26,734 bases of DNA, from positions 1 to 26,734 of the IMG/VR virus record IMGVR_UViG_3300042291_000167. One strand, written 5' to 3'. The notes beneath the pieces are model-generated. The model saw only the letters and a program-made list of their open reading frames with translations, had not been told where the DNA came from and made no database searches. The DNA comes from a virus (lineage: Duplodnaviria > Caudoviricetes). Each line of letters starts with the position of its first letter. Positions within the stretch are counted from its first letter, which is position 1. The translations under genes and the position numbers were made by a program. Below are positions 11,301 to 20,300 of this stretch, one piece after another.

Positions 11301-14300
11301 AGTCCATGTGCTATCATCATTGCTTCTATATACTTCAAACTTACCATTACCATTCTGTGCTACAGTAACTATAGTACCTGATGGTACTGCTAATGTTGAT
11401 AAGTCTGCATACAAAGGAACACGTAATGCTGATTTCGTATTGTTGTTGTATCCAGTTGCCCACCAATCAATATAATTCCAATATTGTTGTGTGTCATAAA
11501 ATAATTCAGTACCGCCAGTCCAGTTAGGATTGTTTACAGTACTTGGATTAACTGCCCCATCTTGGAACAAGAAGTTAGCACTTCTAGTCTCTGTAATTGG
11601 GAATTGAGCCAATACTTCGTTAGCATACTGTAGATAATTTTGTAATGCGCCAAATCTATTAACAAAGAAACTTTGTCTAGGTCTTGCATATATACCATAC
11701 TGCACTGGTTTTGGTAAGTATGGGTCAGGAACTACTGCACCGGTTTCATCTACACCCGCCAAACTGTCAAGCATTCTATCGTATAAAGATTCAGGAGTGT
11801 CTATCGAATTTGTCGAAGGTAATCCAGGTAAGAAATCGTCTGCATAATTTGCACGAATTAAATTATACACGCTATGTGATTCGTCATCGTTTGTACCTGT
11901 ACTAAATCCTACATGGAATATAGTATCGGTATTATTGATGTACGGGTCTGAATTGTATAGTGCGAATGCGTTAGGTAGCAATGGTGCAAAATAACTAATG
12001 CCTGAATTTATAGGATTTATAATATAATATTCAAGTATAGTATCAGATAAAGTCTTTCCTAATTTTGTAAAGACTATGTTTGTATTTCGTACCCAATAGA
12101 AATACTGCGGTACTAAACTTCCACGTGCATCTTGTATTAATTCAATGGCGTAGTTATCTGTATCATATGGTACTCCTGGTCCTTGATACTGTGATGGAAC
12201 TACATTACTACTAATCCATGAGTAAATTGACACGTTACTACCCGGGAACACACGACCCCACCATTTGCTATTATAGGTAACATCTGGTTGATGGTAGTTT
12301 ACGAATCTAGTATTACTTGTGTTGAACCATAGTTCACCTACTTGAGGAGATCCCCATACACCTGATCCTCTATTTGTAGTATTAGGTGAGTTATATGACG
12401 CAGGATCTGTATTTGATACGTAGTCAATATTCTCACGTACCGCACCTAACAATTTACCTTGTAATGGGTCAATATAGTCTAAATTCTCAAGTGTATTATT
12501 AGTGATTGCACTGTATAACAAACCATTTTGAATGCGTGATGTATCAACGATTGGAGTAGACTCTCTGAATACTACCCAGTCTTGTTCGCCAATAATATTT
12601 GTATAAACAACTACTTGTCCGTTAACAAAACTAGGTCTAAACTGAGGTGAACCAACTATTACTGTATAATTGTTGAAATCTATTGCTTGACCATAATATG
12701 GCTGATTGCCGTATTCTTGATTAATATCATTTACACTTTGTGCGTATACAAAATTACCAACGTTTAATAAATTCTCGTTGTAGTTTGATAGATAATCAAA
12801 CATGTATACTGCACCAGCGTTAACAAACGGGTCTACCCACTGTGTTGTATTGTTGTCGAATATAGTATCATTATCAAAGTTTTCATCATCAGTTGAATCA
12901 AATGTTGTACCTGCAAATCTTGTTCCAGTCGGGGCACTTACAATGAATGATCCAAATTCATTGAATTTTATTTTTTCACCAAATTGTGTTGCACCACCAA
13001 CGTGAGGGCATGTCACTGTTTGTGTTAATGTATATGGAGTTATACCCATGCCAGTATATGCTGTAGGGCTTAATGCGGCTACATTTAACTTATCGTTGAT
13101 AGTAGCAAGTGATGCGTTAACTAGACTAATTACTAATTTGCCATCAACATTTGCGGCCTCAACATTAGTAATTCTGGCTGCATTGATTGCATTGGCTGCA
13201 CCTGTTGCGCCACCGATTGGCAACGTCACTGCAAAACCATTGATTAAAATTGTCTCACTAGCAGTTAAACTACAATCAACTGTGCCAGTAAGCATTCCGT
13301 ATTTTCCGCCACCGTTAGTGAATCTGTAGACTGCTCCTTCACCTGTAGTATCACTTAATTGAAAAGGTGCACCAACTAAAACTTCTGATGCATACTTGTT
13401 AACAGCAACGCTTTGACCAAATTGCGTACCTACTCTAGGAGTAGTTCCTGTAGACAATGTTTGCATTAATACAAATGTTGAACTACTCAATGTAATAATG
13501 TCGCCGGCGGTTATGTTACCGTACATGTATAATACATTGCCTATTACTGCATACTGATCTTCAGAGATAAATGTACCGTTAACAGATACAAACACAGGTT
13601 GTGTTTGTGCATTTAATGTCATAGTACCAGTATCAGAAGACAACGTTACTTCATCACCAAATGTTACTGCTGTTACATTCAAGTCACTATTTGCTACAGT
13701 AAATGTAGTACCACCTATAGTTGTAGATATAGTGATAGCGTCATAATCAATAGTGTCAATTGTTACGGTTGTAATTGATTTTATATAATATTTTGTTCCA
13801 GATACTATGTTAGAAGTACCTGTTTCACCGTAGAATACAATTGGTGCATCTACTACAAAATCTGAATTACTGCTTACACGAATTTTATTACCTGTTGCAT
13901 ATGTAGTATCAACTGTAGCCGTGTACTTGCTAGTCGATAATGTTACTTGGTTAGCAGGAGAGAAGGTGTCACGTACATAATATACAGTGTTCAATGAGAT
14001 ATCACCAAACACTGGACCAGTAAATACAGCCGGTGTACCTACAGACAACCCTTGCAGTGTATCTACATTTATTTTGTTAGATACTGATGTGGTTATACTT
14101 GCATTATATGCAGTAGTATTGGTAGCAACCGATAAGTTAAACAATAATGGGATGAACTGTTGACTTGAAGATTGTGCTTCAAAGTTCTGATACAGCCTGT
14201 CAAAGATATAGCTATAACCAGAATTGTCAATTGTTGCACTATAGTTTTGATCCGGTGTACCAATTACTAAAGTATGACCGTAATAATCAGTAGATAGTGA

Positions 14301-17300
14301 ATATCCAAATTGATCTAGTCCACCAACTCCAGTGATTGATATGATGTTTACATATTCATACTTTCCAGTTATCTGTGATTTACGATATACATACACCCTG
14401 TTATTCACTGTATCAGAAACGTATAACCAATTCTGATCTCCGGAAATTGCGGTTGCGGTTCCCCAATTTGTTATTGAACTTGATGGTGCTTGAATTGGTT
14501 CTTGAATTAATACAAGACTATCAGTCAATGTGTTAGATACTAATTGATAGATGCTAATAGTTCTATCACCTACTGTTGCTCCAGTAGGTTGTGATACAGC
14601 AAATGTATTATCTGAATAACTTATTGTCGTACCAAAAGATGCAGAACCAGTATATGTTTGGAATAGTTCATATTGTTCAGTCAATGCATTGTAAATATAT
14701 CTGTATACTTCACCTGCATCAGCATCAGCAATTAAGTAACCAACATTGTCGGTATATGCTACTGCACTACCAAATGTCTGTGAATTAGATTTTACGATTT
14801 CACTGTCATATGTATAGTTCAAACTCTTGCGATAAACTTGCCAGCTACCTTCATTACCAAGATCAACCCATGCTTTATTTTTGACAAATTCATTGTCAAG
14901 TAATGGTAAATTGATAATGTCACTAGGTTCTTCAGCACGATGTGACTGGAACTTAAAGCCAATACCTTGACCGGTAATAGATTGTATAGCAGGGTCCAAA
15001 TTAGCAGAAACTAGAACTGTATACGGATCAATAACGCTTTGAACAGTATAGTATCCATTGATTCTGTTGTTAAAGTTAGTCACTGCAAATGCTGAATACT
15101 TTGCCAATGTTTGTGCTGTTGCAAATCGTATAGTAATAGTACCATTTGATAGATTTTTTGCTTCTACAACTGTACCCAAAGATAACGGTGACATGATCTG
15201 CCATGTACCTTGCAAGTTAGCAATCCAAACATAATCACCTTGATACAATCTTGTTATAGGTGTTTCAGCTCCAGTTAGTCCAAAATAGTAATATGCATGT
15301 ATTTTTACATCATCAAAACTTACATAGCCGGCATCCGGGAATAATATATTAGGTGTGTCTATAGGTAACGTAGGCAATACATTAGGGTTAGTGATTGGTC
15401 TACCGTAGTTGAAAATATTATACAACGGAACTTGTTGTTGTATTCCTTGAGTATATACACCGTTAGTCAATTCTACTGTAGATGGGTTACCAGTTAATTC
15501 TGATTGGTTTAACTTAAACTCTACAAAGTTACTGTTTAATACACCGCCAAATTCACCTGCTTTAATTGCCCAATTTTCATACACTTCATAATCAATACCG
15601 CCTTGTGGCAAGCTTGCACCTTTAAATGCAGATACTGCATTCAACGTACCTTTGTTCTTAATAAAGTTTTTATACACATTAATCTGTGTAATGTCTGTTA
15701 AGTCAGCAAGAGCCAAGTAATCACGTGGACGATATCCAATTAAGCTGAAGCTTAATAAGTCAGCGTCATTTTCTAAGTTAGCCTTGTTTACATCATAGTA
15801 CAATGTGCTCTCATAGCTACGTGTACTTGAGTTAGGTAGTAGACCTTTTTGTATTTCATTATAGTCTGTTTCTTTCCAGTCACGCTCATCAAATATTTCA
15901 CTAGCTTGAATTATTTTTACTGCTATCCAATATTTGTTTTTATACTTGACAATAGATCCAGTCGTATACTTTGTTTCGTTGTTCCACTCAATGATGTTGT
16001 CTTGGTTGAGTATAAAGCCTTGAGCATCAATTGTACCGTTCCACTCAGCAGTTTTAGTACCACGTACAACAATACGTTGCTGGCGCAAGCCTGTTATCAA
16101 ATTATAAATGATATCATCAAACAATGTTACGTTGTCAAATACAATACCGTGTTCAAAATTGCTAATATTAAATTGACCATACGCAACAGTATCACCTTGA
16201 TTTAAAGGTTGTGCTGTAAACAATGTACCATCACGCACAATTGACATGTCAACTGATTGTATTGGATATAAGTTTTGATTTAAAATAAAGTTTTGTTGTT
16301 GAAGCGTCAATGGTTGAACAATGTAACTATCTTTGTTAATAGAAATCAAACTAGCCGCAGGATTTAAATTGATAAGACTACCAGACTCCCATCCACTTTG
16401 TGCCCAATATAAGAATTCAGCAATCATTTGATTCCATGAAACTTCTAGTCCAGTTTCGATTTGGTCAAACAATACACCCTGAGTAGATAAGTATCTACCA
16501 TATGAACTTAAAAATACTGCAACTTCTTGTAATGAATAGAATTCAGTTCCATATGATACTACCGAGGTAGTATTGTAATAATCTTTAGGTACTTGCACAG
16601 ACAAATTCTGCATAGTAATTCTGTCATAGTTACCATTTATTTTAGGATTTGATATAGTAAAATATGCATTAGTCTGTGAGTTACCATACACCTTAAAATA
16701 ACCCTCAGGTGTACTTTGAACTATCACTCCACTGTAAACAATACGTTCGAATGGTTGATTGTCATATAATAATACACCAAAGCTTTCATCAGGGATTAGC
16801 AATGATGCGTTATTACTATTAGGAGTTCCTTTTTCGACATAGAACTTTAACAAATTCTTATCACTGAAACCGGCTAAACGATACACTAAACGTACATCCA
16901 AGTTGTCTAACAAATCAGTGATGTTTTGTGTTGCATCGATGCCAATTTGTTTTTCGTAGTCAACGACCCAGTTTATATAACTTGTCTTAGGAGTACCATT
17001 GCCGTATATTTCTACATCACTGATTACTAAGTGGCTTCTGTCATTGACTAGATATTGATTAAATTCTAAATTGTACTTGTAGTTGTCAACGTCAACACCT
17101 AAGTTAAAAAATTCTGCAGGTTTAGTCAACGCATACAATTTCATTAAGTCGAATGGCCATGAACTACTTCTACGATAACTGAACTCAGTTGGACCAGTGT
17201 CTCCTACAACCCAATCTCTGATAAATGATTGATTAGAATAGTTACCAACGATTGCAATAAACGGTGATACTAAATCACCAGCAGTATCAACAGGCAATAC

Positions 17301-20300
17301 TTGTAATAATTCAGGTCTTACATATGCTTCATTGATATATGGTGCACCATCATTCCAAATATAGCCGGCAGCTAAATCACCCCACAATACTAAGTTATCA
17401 CTTGTGTAAGGTGCTGAACCGTATCTTGTTGCCCACCATGTTGGTTGATTTGCAAAGCCTAACATTTCCCAAGGTTTAGTATCTGGGTTACTTGTGTCAT
17501 AGAAGTATTCGTATATACCTCTCCAGTAACCTTGTGGTATTGGATCTCTATTTATTTTATTACCACTACGATTGTAGTTGTAAGTGTATTGATTGTTGGC
17601 ATTGTATACTTGTTTTTTATAATTAACACGATTCTGTCCTACCCAGTTTAAGAAGTTAACAGAATATATCTGTTTTATTTCATCTAAACTATAGTCAGTT
17701 GTTCTCCAGAATCCGGGTATAACATCTGATTCATTGATAGGAATAACATTACTTAATTTTAAGTTGTTGTAAACACGTTTTTCAAATTCTAATAAAACTT
17801 TATCTCTAAAATCAATCAGTTGTCCGTCAATATAATCACCGTACAATTTATTATATGAACCATCGTGTCCTACAATAAAATATGTAGGGTTTGCATAATT
17901 ACTGTCAAGTATAACTTGAGGAATTGTGCTTGGGTACAATCCTAACTTAGTAGGTGTGTTAGGGCAATAGCTACCGTATGTTTGATTATATTCATTAATA
18001 GTAATTTGATCGCCTGGCAACAAGTCAGTTTCAACTGTTAGTGCAGGGCTCGTTGAGCTTACAGTGTAGTCAATTCCCTTTATCAATTGTGTATTCTGTG
18101 CCACACCGTCGGTTGTTCTTGTTAGATATACTAAAATACCATAGTAGTTTGCAGTATCATAATTATAAATTCTACTCAATGGGTATATTGATACGTCTAA
18201 ACTATTTGCAAAACTATATGTGTTGCTGATATAGGCTGCTTTACTTGGCAACATATCACTCCAGAAGAATGATTCGTCTTCTGTTTTACTAGCAGTTATT
18301 TGATCCAATGCATCATCTAGCATGTATGCAGGAGAATAGTATCGGCTATAGTCAGTGTTGTTAACTGTGCTAACCAATAATGTTTTAAAATTAATATATT
18401 CTTTGCTGTTAAACATCAATGCATTGAATAAATTGTGATTTTGTTTGCGAAGGAATGTGCCAGGTAATACTAAGCTTGCACTATTCTGTATGATTCGATT
18501 ACCCCATGGCACAAGATTACCTAAGTCACGATAGTTGTTTGCACCAAACACAACGCCGGTAGTGTTAGGGTTGTTGTAAAAAATACTTTGATATTGACCA
18601 CGAATATCACCCACGTTTGCTACAGTAATATCTTGATTTAACGGGTTATTGTTCAAGTTAATAGGTATAGAATAATATCCAACGCTACTTACTTGATTAC
18701 TTAAAATTGATACTTGAACTACTGTATCGACTAACGGATCAGGTACTGTAAAATTAATTACTGTGCTATTTGGTCCTACAGTTACTGTATAATTACCAGT
18801 TTGCAATACGTTGTTAACATATACTTGTAAAGTAGGCCATACGGATGCGTCTGGACTAAGCATTGATACATCACATGTGTATGTAGTTGTAGGTGCACTA
18901 GCATAGTAATTGAATTCAAATATTTGATATTGAACACTATTACCAACTGCCGTTTCCCAACCAATTTGTCTGTACTGTTCACCTAATTCAGTATAGTTAT
19001 ACACATAACCTGTGTTAACTTTTTGAGTTATAGGTGTAGTTCCTCTAACATAGTTGAATGTGTCTGCATTAAGTGATACATCAAAACTAATGTCACCTAC
19101 GTTGTCTATTGAACTGTAACGTATTGGGAATCCTAAAATAGAATCATCTAATCCTGATCCCAACCCATATGCAAATAACTTAGTACCTTCAAATGAACTA
19201 CCTACATAGTAATTACTATTAGATAGACTTATTCCATTTTCATCAAAAATATCAAACAACGGTGGTTGATTAACTGTTGTTTTTTGTTGTGATTCAAACC
19301 AATCAATACCGTCAAAGTAGAAATCTTTACCTTGATAGTTAAATCCTCTGAACGCAACAGTCTGTTCTAATGGAAGAACTTCGCCATCATCTGCAGGCGT
19401 TAGGGTAATAACAGGAGTTGACAGTTCTGCTATTGATGAAAATCGTACAACATATATTTTGTCTTTTACATTTTCATTTGTGTCTGCGGCAAAGACAACC
19501 CTAGCACCATCAAATAATGCATAGTTATCATTTTGACCATCGTTAGCAATCAATGAAGCTACGGTAGTGCCACCAAACGTGTAGTTACCTAACCATGTAA
19601 CTGTCAATGTAGTAACACCAGATGCAACACTAATATTGCTAATTTGTGAATTAGTTGGTAACAAATTAGTTGAATCATTTATGTATTGACCAACTTGGAA
19701 TGCACCAGTAATATCTGAAGTAGCCATTGAGATTGTGGTAGTTGTACTTGCGGTAACGCTATTAATTGTAGCTGTGTACGCAGTATATACTTCAACATCT
19801 GGATAATAATTTTCTTGACCAGCAACATATTCAAATGCATCAGTTGTTCTAAAATCAATAAAGTCGATAGGCGCTTTACCTAAGTAGCCAGAGTTGAATA
19901 ATCTTAAGTTAGGGTAGAACTCAATGATTGGGCGTTTTGCTTTATTTGCTTGTGTAGCCGCTATAGTTACAAAATTTGGGTTATTATTATATGTTGCAGT
20001 AGCGTTGATAACATCAATGTGGAACCAACGATTACTACGTGACCATGGATTTTTGTTAATGCTATTTCTAGCAATTGTAATGTAATCTTGAGTTACTGGT
20101 ATATACAGGTTACTATCGTAATTACCAATATCATATGGTAAGGTGTCATATGGTATGTAAGTGCTTGAAGTAAATGGTTCTGGTGCTATTAAGTCAGCAA
20201 CTGGTATCAACTGAATCGCAGTACCTACACCTTCAACATAGTATTGAACATTCTCGTAGCTTACAGGGTATATGTCACCTTGAAATACTACCTTTAAACC

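Noticed and set aside
18782-18982. 66-aa same-strand alternative-frame ORF inside the giant gene
   Set aside because: It is short, has no recognisable motif or SD, and is expected by chance in 19.5 kb.
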